From the NCBI GenBank assembly GCA_002269645.1, contig NIVC01002755.1, positions 79,150 to 143,149 on the forward strand: 64,000 nt of DNA. The letters run 5' to 3'. The notes under the pieces were generated by a model, which made no database searches, was not told where the DNA came from, and worked only from the letters and a program-made list of their open reading frames with translations. The position numbers and the translations under genes were made by a program. This document shows positions 1 to 21,680 of this stretch, one piece after another. This DNA is from Macrostomum lignano. Taxonomy: Eukaryota. Every line of letters begins with the position of its first letter. Positions within the stretch are counted from its first letter, which is position 1.

Positions 1-10838
<10,838 letters not shown>

Positions 10839-11195
10839 CTGCTTAGTCAAGCAAAACTTCTTTCCTCAGATTAGATTTCTATACTGCTACTGGCAGTAGA
10901 GTCATGCGCTTCGAGCGTCATTTTATTTGTTAAAACTGTCTCAACTGCCAGCCATGGCGATCCTAAACTGCGCGTCAGAAATATATAGCTTAACTCTGCT
11001 TTGAAGTTTACTAAGATAGATCTTTTCGTATTTTGCACTGAATCGGTGCGTTGCCTTTCTTTCAAGAGCCCAGCGTGCTAATCACGGTATGGGTTATTCA
11101 CAATGAGCCACTTGAAATGATGAGTTAGTCAAAGCATCTCAGACTGCTTTAGGGTCAAGGTGTACATGCCTGACAACTGACGAGAAATTCAGGAC

Positions 11196-11800
11196 CTGAG
11201 TGTGTGCCTGAGTGTGTGCCTGAGTGTGTGTATGAGTGTGTGCCTGAGTGTGTGCCTGAGTGTGTGCCTAAGTGTGTGTATGAGTGTGTACCTGAGTGTG
11301 TGCCTGAGTGTGAGCTTGAGTGTGTGCCTGAGTGTGTACCTGAGTGTGTGCCTGAGTGTGAGCTTGAGTGTGTGCCTGAGTGTGTGCCTGATTGTGCATG
11401 ACTGAGTGTGTGTGCCAGGAGTGTCTGTGCCTGAGTGTGTGTGCCTGAGTGTGTGTGCCTGAGTGTGTACCTGAGTGTGTGTACCTGAGTGTGTGCCTGA
11501 GTGTGTGCCTGAGTGTGTGCCTGAGTGTGTGTGCCTGAGTGTGTGCCTGATTGTGCATGACTGAGTGTGTGTGCCAGGAGTGTCTGTGCCTGAGTGTGTG
11601 CCTGAGTGCGTGTCTGAGTGTGTGTGCTTGAGTGTGTGTGCCTGATTGTGTGTTTCTGAGTTTGTGCCTGAGTGTGCATGTCTGAGTGTGTGTGCCAGGA
11701 GTGTCTGTGCCAGGAGTGTCTGTGCCTGAGTGTGTGCCTCAGTGTGTGTGCTTGATTGTGCGTGCCTGTGTGTGTGCCTGTGTGCCTGAGTGTGTGTGCT
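11196..11800. repeat. (TG)-rich 12-bp degenerate repeat (TGTGTGCCTGAG)
   Basis: Direct reading. Confidence 0.9.
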
Positions 11801-12062
11801 GCCTTGATTTTCGGCGGTGCCCAAAGCCTGGCTGCAAACTCGGGATGAAGATAGCAGAATCTTTAAGGCTTGGTCGGACTGAGTCGGATGCAGGCAAGCC
11901 TACAAGTTGGCAGCCAGCCCCCGTGGATGCTGAGGCATGCATTGTAGCAATTTTTTTATTTTACTTTTTATCATTCTTTTGTCCCTGACGTCTATAAGTT
12001 GGTCCTCGGCAAGCGGGTTGTGACAATAGAGAAGCAGATTCACTGACTGCGCACGACTCAAC

Positions 12063-13807
12063 ATGGCCGGGTCCTCTCTGCTGCCGCTCATCTTCGCCCT
12101 CGTCTGCTTTGGTAATTTGCAGCCTGACTGCTTCTGATCTGCCAGCTGACAATGTCCACCTACTAGCATTCCAGAGTGTGTTGCAGCCCTGATCTGCCAG
12201 CTGACAATGTCCATCTTGATCAGCCGCGTGTCCAGCGAGAACAGCAACTTAACGTCCAGCTGTCCGGGATCCACAAGATGCAGATCCTACTTCCCGCTTG
12301 GGGTGAGCGCAGCTCCAAGGACATCGCCCTGCTTGAAAATAGCTTATCTGAAAACAATTATACCCCCAGCCATCCCAGCGATGATGGCCTCATAGAGGGT
12401 GGGGAACTGCAATTACCAGCTGACAAAGCCTCTCTAACAGACTAATAATAATAGATAATAATTGATTACATCTACTCTAATGGGCAGATGTGCAACCGAC
12501 ATCTCAGCCGCAGCTATTGCGCGGCGCATCTGAAGGCTGCATTCAGTCAAAGGACTGGAGGGTCGCCACACACACCCTCAATTACCCCAGCTAATGCTGG
12601 CACCCATTCTACAGCTGGGTGAACTGAAGCAATGTAGGGTTAAGTGTCTTGCTCAAGGATACAAATTGTTTTTTTGTGCTACAACCCCCCCCCCCTAGGC
12701 TACAGCCCCTCCACTAGGCTACAGCCCCTCCACTAGGCTACAGCCCCTCCACTAGGCTACAGCCCCTCTACTAGGCTACAGCCCCTCCACTAGGCTACAG
12801 CCCCTCCACTAGGCTACAGCCCCTCCACTAGGCTACAGCTCCTCCACTAGGCTACAGCCCCTCCACTAGGCTACAGCCCCTCCACTAGGCTACAGCCCCT
12901 CTACTAGGCTACAGCCCCTCCACTAGGCTACAGCCCCTCCACTAGGCTACAGCCCCTCCACTAGGCTACAGCCCCTCCACTAGGCTACAGCCCCTCCACT
13001 AGGCTACAGCCCCTCCACTAGGCTACAGCCCCTCTACTAGGCTACAGCCCCTCCACTAGGCTACAGCCCCTCCACTAGGCTACAGCCCCTCTACTAGGCT
13101 ACAGCCCCTCCACTAGGCTACAGCCCCTCTACTAGGCTACAGCCCCTCCCCTAGGCTACAGCTCCTCCACTAGGCTACAGCCCCTCCACTAGGCTACAGC
13201 CCCTCCACTAGGCTACAGCCCCTCCCCTAGGCTACAGCTCCTCCACTAGGCTACAGCCCCTCTACTAGGCTACAGCCCCTCCCCTAGGCTACAGCCCCTC
13301 CACTAGGCTACAGCCCCTCCCCTAGGCTACAGCCCCTCCACTAGGCTACAGCCCCTCCACTAGGCTACAGCCCCTCCCCTAGGCTACAGCCCCTCTACTA
13401 GGCTACAGCCCCTCTACTAGGCTACAGCCCCTCTACTAGGCTACAGCCCCTCCACTAGGCTACAGCCCCTCTACTAGGCTACAGCCCCTCTACTAGGCTA
13501 CAGCCCCTCTACTAGGCTACAGCCCCTCCACTAGGCTACAGCCCCTCTACTAGGCTACAGCCCCTCCACTAGGCTACAGCCCCTCCACTAGGCTACAGGG
13601 GAGGCAACCATGAGCGCTGACAACTGCGAGCGGGTCTGCATAGAGCAGCTTCGATTCCCAAACTTCAACTGCAGCTGCCGCAGCTGCCGCAGTGGCCGCT
13701 TGTTGTCTCTTCGTGCTGACCTTGACGAGCCAGGTCTGACTGCTCTCGGAGATGAAGACAAGTCTTTTCTGCCATTCAAACTCTGCAGCGATATCCCGAT
13801 TGTTTAA
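12063..13807 (+). CDS. Putative small secreted Cys-containing protein (119 aa); exons 12063-12111, 12201-12302, 13599-13807
   Basis: Exon 1 encodes the signal-peptide-like MAGSSLLPLIFALVCF followed by G|gtaatt. All junctions are phase 1 and join into one open frame (360 nt). Exon 3 encodes NCERVCIEQLRFPNFNCSCRSCRSG. Caveat: exon 2 has a competing open frame with stronger GC3 bias. Confidence 0.4.
12460..12670 (-). mobile_element. CORE-type SINE, 5'-truncated
   Basis: CCCATTCTACAGCTGGGTGAACTGAAGC..GGTTAAGTGTCTTGCTCAAGG aligns with the MIR CORE consensus. It has a (TAA)n tail near 12445-12465 and a closely similar copy at 59555-59790. Confidence 0.75.
12696..13598. repeat. 19-bp minisatellite TAGGCTACAGCCCCTCCAC (about 47 copies)
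   Basis: The minus strand reads GGGGCTGTAGCCTAGTGGA (tRNA 5' end / A box); the plus strand ends each unit in ...CTACAG. Confidence 0.97.
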
Positions 13808-13957
13808 TGTGCGCTTGTAAATCGTAACTGACTTCGATTTTTTTAATTACAGAATGCGTAGTTCTGAGCCACTAACCAAAGAATCGAGTAATGATAAGCA
13901 GACAAGCGCCTTACTAGCTGCTAATACTTTGTACTGACAGTACCATGCAGTGTTTAA

Positions 13958-15219
13958 CCATTTGGAAGCCAAAGGCCTGCACTGCAGGCCATACCGAAAT
14001 TGAAAAATGTCTATGGCATCAAAAATCATCTCCCAATCACTAAAGCAAGTGCCCAGTATGGCTGCTGTGCAGGCCATGACTGATTTAAAGACCTTCATTA
14101 TGCATTTCCATTGTGTTTTCACTCAAATGGGAAATGTTAAAGGGGAAATAAAGCGTGGATGAATTAGCATGGATCTGGACAGAGACCAGGATTTCCGGGA
14201 CATTGGCTGCAGCAAAATACTGTCTTCTTAGCTGTAACGTCAGGTTTCAAATTCGGAATCGTTTGCTTGGGCGAGTCTGGCCTTCTGTTGCTGGGAGTCG
14301 TCCGTGTATTTGTGGTATCCTTCGCCCAGCACTTCGCGGCTAAGCTCAACAACAACTCTCGCTCTCTTCCTCGCCATTTTCTGCACTCTCCTGCTGGAAC
14401 TCCCTGACTGCCAACCACATTCGCTCATTGGTCCATGTGACAAGACTGTGGTGAGAAACTCTTCAGTCAGGAAGATTGATAAAAAACTCAAAAACCGTCG
14501 AGTCTTAGCAGGCAGTAAACTTAGCAGGCAACTCAACAAAAAGCGTAGCAGTTAGGGAATTCCTGACTGTTGTCAAGGAAGCTTGCCGTGAGCAGGTCAA
14601 CGCTGTCGCGGGAGAATCTGAACAGCCGCTGGTACTCGCAATCTCGAAGGACATCAGACGAAAGCCTTTCAAGGTAGAGCTTGCGCCTTGCAGGAGCGAT
14701 TTCAGGCATAAATTCCGCCATTCAACTGCAGTTGCTTGCCAGTTGAGTCAGCTAGGTAGCTGTCTCAACATTTTGTGAGCAATTGCTCCGATCTTTTGTC
14801 TATGGCCATGTTTTTATTCTTACTGACTGGAGTAATTGCTCTGCAGCTGAGAATTTTCTCATGAGTCGGAGCAAATGCTCAACTTATTCTTATTGACCTG
14901 AGCATTTGCTTGAGTTTGAGCATTTGCTCAGTTTATTCATACGGCCTATTGCTTGATAAAGAGTCTTTCGAATCGGAATCGAGTCCCAGTGTACGCAAGG
15001 CGTTACTTTTAGCTGTCCTATTCGGCAGCGTAAAAGCCATTTGTGGGTAGGAAGGTTTGAACAGGAGCTAGCTGAAAAACTCTGTGATATACTTTACTTC
15101 TGGGCTTTTAGGGTGTGCACTCGATTCAGCAAAAAAGACAAATTTGTCTATGGACTGCTCTGCAGGCCTTTGGGCTTTTAAGCCATCTTACAGAACCAAT
15201 TAGCTTGGGCGCGAAGTGG
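13958..15219 (-). mobile_element. Non-autonomous piggyBac derivative
   Basis: TTAA at 13954-13957 and 15220-15223. Imperfect TIRs CCATTTGGAAGCCAA / TTGGGCGCGAAGTGG, and subterminal inverted repeats AAAGGCCTGCACTGCAGGCCATA / TATGGACTGCTCTGCAGGCCTTT with asymmetric spacing. The minus strand retains a piggyBac-type C-terminal Cys motif TVFCCSQCPGNPGLCPDPC. Confidence 0.75.
14533..14947 (-). mobile_element. PIF/Harbinger-like 5' fragment inside the piggyBac derivative
   Basis: The short ORF MAEF..YQRLFRFSRDSVDLL resembles Harbinger transposase N-termini. It is preceded by a GGCCGTATGAATAAAC end with repeated GAGCAAATGCTC motifs. No matching second end was found. Confidence 0.45.
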
Positions 15220-15333
15220 TTAATGCTTTTTTACAATTGACAACGAAACTATTCACATTGGGCACTTTGTTCCAATATTTTTTGTAAAGCAAGTTAATTT
15301 TCACTGTTTTAAGTTCTTCCACTTATGGTGATC

Positions 15334-16050
15334 AGCACACACCGGTCATGAGCACACACCGGTCATGAGCACACACCGGTCATGAGCACACACCGGTCAT
15401 GAGCACACACCGGTCATGAGCACACACCGGTCATGAGCACACACCGGTCATGAGCACACACTGGTCATGACCACACACTGGTCATGAGCACACACCGGTC
15501 ATGAGCACACACTGGTCATGAGCACACACCGGTCATGAGCACACACCGGTCATGAGCACACACTGGTCATGAGCACACACCGGTCATGAGCACACACCGG
15601 TCATGAGCACACACTGGTCATGAGCACACACTGGTCATGAGCACACACCGGTCATGAGCACACACCGGTCATGAGCACACACTGGTCATGAGCACACACC
15701 GGTCATGAGCACACACCGGTCATGAGCACACACTGGTCATGAGCACACACTGGTCATGAGCACACACCGGTCATGAGCACACACCGGTCATGAGCACACA
15801 CCGGTCATGAGCACACACTGGTCATGAGCACACACCGGTCATGAGCACACACCGGTCATGAGCACACACCGGTCATGAGCACACACTGGTCATGAGCACA
15901 CACTGGTCATGAGCACACACCGGTCATGAGCACACACCGGTCATGAGCACACACTGGTCATGAGCACACACCGGTCATGAGCACACACCGGTCATGAGCA
16001 CACACCGGTCATGAGCACACACTGGTCATGAGCACACACCGGTCATGAGC
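15334..16050. repeat. 17-bp minisatellite GAGCACACACCGGTCAT (about 42 copies)
   Basis: Direct reading. Confidence 0.97.
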
Positions 16051-16254
16051 AGACGCTCTGGCTCAGAACAGTCAAGAGGCCAGGCTTTCAAACCAAAATA
16101 ATGGAAAAGGCAGAAGAGGTGACATTTTGAGCACAATGAAAATCAAATTTCTAGAAAAATTAAAAAGTTGTTTGATTTATTTGTAAAAACTGGGAAACAG
16201 AAACCTCTCGAGCATCACTTCAGCAACATGGCCAGCCGCAAGCACAGGCTAAAT

Positions 16255-16565
16255 ACCCTTAATCACTTGCTTAACTCCTTAAATCTCACCCCTAGTTCAC
16301 TAGCTCAACTCCTTAAATCTCACCCCTAAATCACTAGCGTAATTCCTTAAATCTCACCCCTAAATCAACTAGCTTAACTCCTTAAATCTCACCTCTAGTT
16401 CACTAGCTTAACTCCTTAAATCTCACCTCTAGTTCACTAGCTTATCTCCTTAAATCTCACCGCTAGATCACTAGCTCAACTCCTTAAATCTCACCGCTAG
16501 ATCACTAGCTTAACTCCTTAAATCTCACCGCTAGATCACTAGCTCAACTCCTTAAATCTCACCCC
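16255..16565. repeat. About 32-bp repeat (ACTAGCTTAACTCCTTAAATCTCACC...)
   Basis: Direct reading. Confidence 0.9.
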
Positions 16566-16681
16566 TGCATGCAGAGCAGTAGCCTATATCCGTACACCTC
16601 ACGAAATCGATCAGCTGCTGAAGGTCCAATGCAGGATCAGTTGCAGCTTCAGCAAAGGTCAATGGCCACCAATCCAGGTCT

Positions 16682-19533
16682 CTAGAAGTGCCTGGACAGC
16701 GACTGCAGCTGCTGCTCCACGAACTCCGGCGCGAATTCCGCCAGCAGCACCACCGGCCGGATGGTCCAAGGACTCGCCAGCTCACGCAGCCGGCCCACCG
16801 GAATGGCGGCGATGTCCGTGGCGGTGTCGGCGGGCGACGCCAGCGGAATGCTCACCTTGTAGTACTTCCTGCATTGCGGACAGTGGCGCAGGTCGCTGAG
16901 CTGAGAAGTACAGACAGCACCCATCTAGAGATCCTGGCACCCATCTAGAGATCCTGGCACCCATCTAGAGATCCTGGCACCCATCTAGAGATCCTGGCAC
17001 CCATCTAGAGATCCTGGCACCCATCTAGAGATCCTGGCACCCATCTAGAGATCCTGGCACCCATCTAGAGATCCTGGCACCCATCTAGAGATCCTGGCAC
17101 CCATCTAGAGATCCTGGCACCCATCTAGAGATCCTGGCACCCATCTAGAGATCCTGGCACCCATCTAGAGATCCTGGCACCCATCTAGAGATCCTGGCAC
17201 CCATCTAGAGATCCTGGCACCCATCTAGAGATCCTGGCAGCCATCTAAAGACTCTGGCACCCATCTAGAGATCCTGGCAGCCATCTAAAGACTCTGGCAC
17301 CCATCTAGAGATCCTGACAGCCATCTAAGGATCCTGGGACCCATATCAAGAGACCTATCTAGAGAGCCTATCTAGAGACCCTGACACTCATCTAGATATC
17401 CTGACATCCATCTAAGGACCCTGGCATAAATGTACCAAGAAATCCCTAGATATATATCTGGGACAGATCTCGAGGCGTATCTAGAGATCCCGAACCATAT
17501 CGAGAAAAATGGCAATGTAAAGATCATTGAACCAATATAGAGATTTTCAAACTCATTTAGAGACCTATTTGCCTACCCTGAGATTCCTCTAAACATCTAG
17601 AGAACTTTAAAAAAACTTTTAGAGATCTTCTTACACATTTAGAGATCCTTTCCCCATCTAGAGATCCTTTCCCCATCTAGAGATCTTTTCCCCATCTAGA
17701 GATCCTTTCCCCATCTAGAGATCCTTTCCCCATCTAGAGATCCTTTCCCCATCTAGAGATCCTTTCCCCATCTAGAGATCCTTTCCCCATCTAGAAATCC
17801 TTTCCCCATCTAGAGATCCTTTCCCCATCTAGAGATCCTTTCCCCATCTAGAGATCCTTTCCCCATCTAGAGATCCTTTCCCCATCTAGAGATCCTTTCC
17901 CCATCTAGAGATCCTTTCCCCATCTAGAAATCCTTTCCCCATCTAGAGATCCTTTCCCCATCTAGAGATCCTTTCCCCATCTAGAGATCCTTTCCCCATC
18001 TAGAGATCTTTTCCCCATCTAGAGATCCTTTCCCCATCTAGAGATCCTTTCCCCATCTAGAGATCCTTTCACACACCCAGAGACCCAGCCAAATAAGCAC
18101 AGAGCAGGAAATTTATCCCAAGGCCCAACTCACGGCAACACGCGGCGCGCGCTCTCGGTGCCGATGCTGCCGATGAGGGCCAGGCCGGCGTGCACGGCCG
18201 ACCCGTTCAGCGCCAGCTCCTGGCGCAGCGCCGAGAAGAAGCCGCCGAGGGCGCGCTTGGAGGCGCAGTACTCGTAGCAGTAGGGGATGGGCAGGCGGGC
18301 GGCGGCCGAGGAGATCAGCACGAGGCTGCCGGCCGACTTCTCCAGGTGCGGCAGGGCGGCCCGGGCGGCCTCAGCGTAGCTGAAGTAGTTCGTCTGCATG
18401 GCGGCCCGCTGCCCCTGTGCAGAGTCCGGGGCGGCCCGGGCCACAGTGGCGAACTCGGACGGGCTGATGTGGTTCACCACCGCAATGTCCAGGCCGCCCA
18501 TCGCTGCGGCCGCGGCGGCCACCAGACGGGCGGCCTCGCCGGGCTTGGACAGGTCGGCCGCGATCGGGTGCACGCTGGCCGCGCCCCGCCTGCGGCACTC
18601 GGCGACCACCTGCGATGGGGGAATGAGTGACGGGATGGGGGAATGAGTGACGGGATGGGGGAATGAGTGACGGGATGGGGAATGAGTGACGGGATGGGGA
18701 ATGAGTGACGGGATGGGGAATGAGTGACGGGATGGGGAATGAGTGACGGGATGGGGAATGAGTGACGGGATGGGGAATGAGTGACGGGATGGGGAATGAG
18801 TGACGGGATGGGGGAAATGAGTGACGGGATGGGGAATGAGTGACGGGATGGGGGAATGAGTGACGGGATGGGGAATGAGAGACGGGATGGGGGAATAAGT
18901 GACGGGATGGGAAAATGAGAGACGGGATGGTGAAATGAGAGACGGGATGGGGGAAATGAGTGACGGGATGGGAAAATGAGTGACGGGATGGGAAAATGAG
19001 TGACGGGATGGGAAAATGAGAGACGGGATGGTGAAATGAGAGACGGGATGGGGGAAATGAGTGACGGGATGGGAAAATGAGAGACGGGATGGGAAAATGA
19101 GAGACGGGATGGTGAAATGAGAGACGGGATGGGGGAAATGAGTGACGGGATGGGAAAATGAGTGACGGGATGGGGGAAATGAGTGACGGGATGGGGGAAA
19201 TGAGTGACGGGATGGGGGAAATGGGTGACGGGATGGGGGAAATGAGTGACGGGATGGGGGAAAGCGCAGTGAATCAGCCGGCAGCACCTCCTGCAGTGAG
19301 TTGAGGCTCCTGGCATGGACGGTGACGTGAGCTCCCACTTCGGCGTACACGTGCGCCAGCGCCTCGCCGATGCCGCGGCTGGAGCCGGTGACCAGCACCC
19401 GCTTGCCGGCCGAGTTCTCTCGGCTGGCCTGGTGCCATCTGCCGGCCACCAGGTCGAACAGGAGGCTGCGGGCGAGGCCGAACGCCAGCAGGCAGAGCGG
19501 CAGGCCCAGCACGGCTTTGGCCAGCAAATTCAT
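16682..19533 (-). CDS. HSD11B1L: Short-chain dehydrogenase/reductase, 11-beta-hydroxysteroid dehydrogenase 1-like (311 aa); exons 19533-19288, 18609-18134, 16895-16682
   Basis: N-terminal hydrophobic anchor, Rossmann motif TGSSRGIG, VNHI (the NH typical of the 11b-HSD1 group), catalytic Ser (LISSAA) and YCASK (YxxxK). Splice phases 0 and 2 are consistent. The symbol indicates family, not proven orthology. Confidence 0.88.
16915..18070. repeat. Two related arrays (20-bp GGCACCCATCTAGAGATCCT; 19-bp CCCCATCTAGAGATCCTTT) separated by degenerate copies, SDR intron 2
   Basis: Shared core CCATCTAGAGATCCT. Confidence 0.95.
18614..19262. repeat. 21-23 bp minisatellite (GACGGGATGGGGAATGAGT..) filling SDR intron 1
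   Basis: Direct reading. Confidence 0.95.
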
Positions 19534-19804
19534 CGCTTCTAGCGGGGTACGGAAAGTGAGCGGTTTCTAAGAAAATTGGAATTTAAATTAAACCATTTCG
19601 TATAAAACCGTTTCTAAACACAACGGCTTCAAAGCGAAGAAACGCTGCTGAACATTAAAAAATTTTAAGATATATTCTGCCTAGTTGAGTTGCTTATTGT
19701 TTTTCTGGGATTTATTAGAAAAAAGCTGAGTAATAGGCTTATGGGATAATTTTAAGAAGCAGTTTAATATTCTGATCATATGATACTTTTAAGAAAAAAT
19801 TCAA

Positions 19805-20480
19805 TATCCTGCTATTAAAATCTTTCTAAGAAACTATTCAATATTATGCTTTTAGGATCTTTCTAAGAAACTATTCAATATTGTTTTAAAATTTTTCTAA
19901 GAAACCATTCAGTATTATGCTTTTAGGATCTTTCTAAGAAACTATTCAATATTGCTTTTTAAAAATCTTTCTAAGAAACTATTCAATATTGCTTTTTTAA
20001 AATCTTTCTAAGAAACTATTCAATATTGTTTTTTTAAAATCTTTCAAAGAAACTATTCAATATTGTTTTTAAAATCTTTCTAAGAAACTATTCAATATTG
20101 TTTTTTTAAAAATCTTTCAAAGAAACTATTCAATATTGTTTTAAAATCTTTCTAAGAAACTATTCAGTATTATGCTTTTAAAAACTTTCTAAGAAACTAT
20201 TCAGTTTTATGCTTTTAGGATCTTTCTAAGAAACTATTCAGTATTGTTTTAAAATCTTTCTAAGAAACTATTCAGTATTATGCTTTTAAAAACTTTCTAA
20301 GAAACTATTCAGTTTTATGCTTTTAGGATCTTTCTAAGAAACTATTCAGTATTGTTTTAAAATCTTTCTAAGAAACTATTCAGTATTATGCTTTTAAAAA
20401 CTTTCTAAGAAACTATTCAAATTATGCTTTTAGGATCTTTCTAAGAAACTATTCAATAATATGCTTTTAGAATATTTTTA
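19805..20480. repeat. AT-rich about 36-40 bp minisatellite (AAATCTTTCTAAGAAACTATTCAATATTG)
   Basis: Direct reading; lies upstream of the SDR start. Confidence 0.9.
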
Positions 20481-21079
20481 AGAAACTTTTTCCTGAAATC
20501 TTATTTAAAGCATAGCAGCAGTCAACGATTCCAATGCACTAAACAATCAATTCAATCAATATTCTGCTCATATATAAAAACTTGGAAAAATATGAACGAA
20601 ATAAAAAATGTATTTAGAACAGTAGAAAAACTTTACCAGTTGAATACGAGCCATCAAAGTAAAATACAGTCTTGAGCAGGCTGGGGCCAATACACGGACA
20701 GCTCAACAGAAGGCAAAGGTGCTACAGGCATATTACAAGGATAAAAGCAGAGGACAGCCCTGGGATCGGAAGGACAGGTACTCTGCTGTAAGGACGGACA
20801 GACAAACTAAAAGCAGAAGACGGAAAGCAAGGCACAAGAAGCGCTGCTACATCACTGAAATTCTGCTGCTATGCAGAGCTACTACTCTTAGTAAAAAAGA
20901 AAAAGCCACTTGGAATGAACTAAAAAACTCAAACTAATAGGCAGCAAATTAACGATAGAGCTGGAGCTACTTGAAGCAAACGGAGGCTACCGAAGAATAT
21001 CACAGATTGACAGAAAATATTGAAAATAAAACAAAGAGAACAACGTCAAAACCAGCAATCGATTTCAATGTGGCCGTTC

Positions 21080-21540
21080 GTGTGGGAAAGTGTGTGGGGG
21101 AGGGTGTAGGGGATTGTATGAGGAAGGCTGTGGAGAAGAGTATGAGGAAGGGTGTAGGAGAAGGGTGTGTGGGAAGGGTGTCGGAGAAGGGTGTGGGAGA
21201 AGGGTGTGGAGGAAGGGTGTGTGGGAAGGGTGTAGGGAATGGTATGAACAGGGTGTGGGGAAGGGTGTGGGGAAGGGTGTGGAGAAGAGTTTGAGGAAGG
21301 GTGTCGGAGAAGGGTGTGGGGGAAGGGTGTGGGGAAGGGTATGAACAGAGTGTGGGCAAGGGTATGAACAGGGTGTGGGGAAGGGTATGGGAGAAGGGTG
21401 TGGGGGAAGGGTGTGGGGGAAGGGTGTGGGGAAGGGTATGAACAGGGTGTGGGGAAGGGTATGAACAGAGTGTGGGGAAGGGTATGAACAGAGTGTGGGC
21501 AAGGGTATGAACAGGGTGTGGGGAAGGGTGTGGGGAAGAG
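21080..21540. repeat. G-rich degenerate repeat (GGGTGTGGGGAA / GGGTATGAACA)
   Basis: Direct reading. Confidence 0.85.
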
Positions 21541-21680
21541 ATGTTTAGCTGCTCAAGGAAAACTAACGGCCTGATGAAGAAGAGTACAGGTATTGTATTC
21601 TTCGAGCAGGTGAGTGCGGAGTAAATCTGTCAGGCCAGCTCCCAGTGGATTCCAGTGCGGAGCTGCGGGCTGGCGAGCCT

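Noticed and set aside
18130-19533. 467-aa single-exon SDR
   Set aside because: The central 226 codons are a minisatellite bounded by GT and AG. Splicing them out restores a normal SDR.
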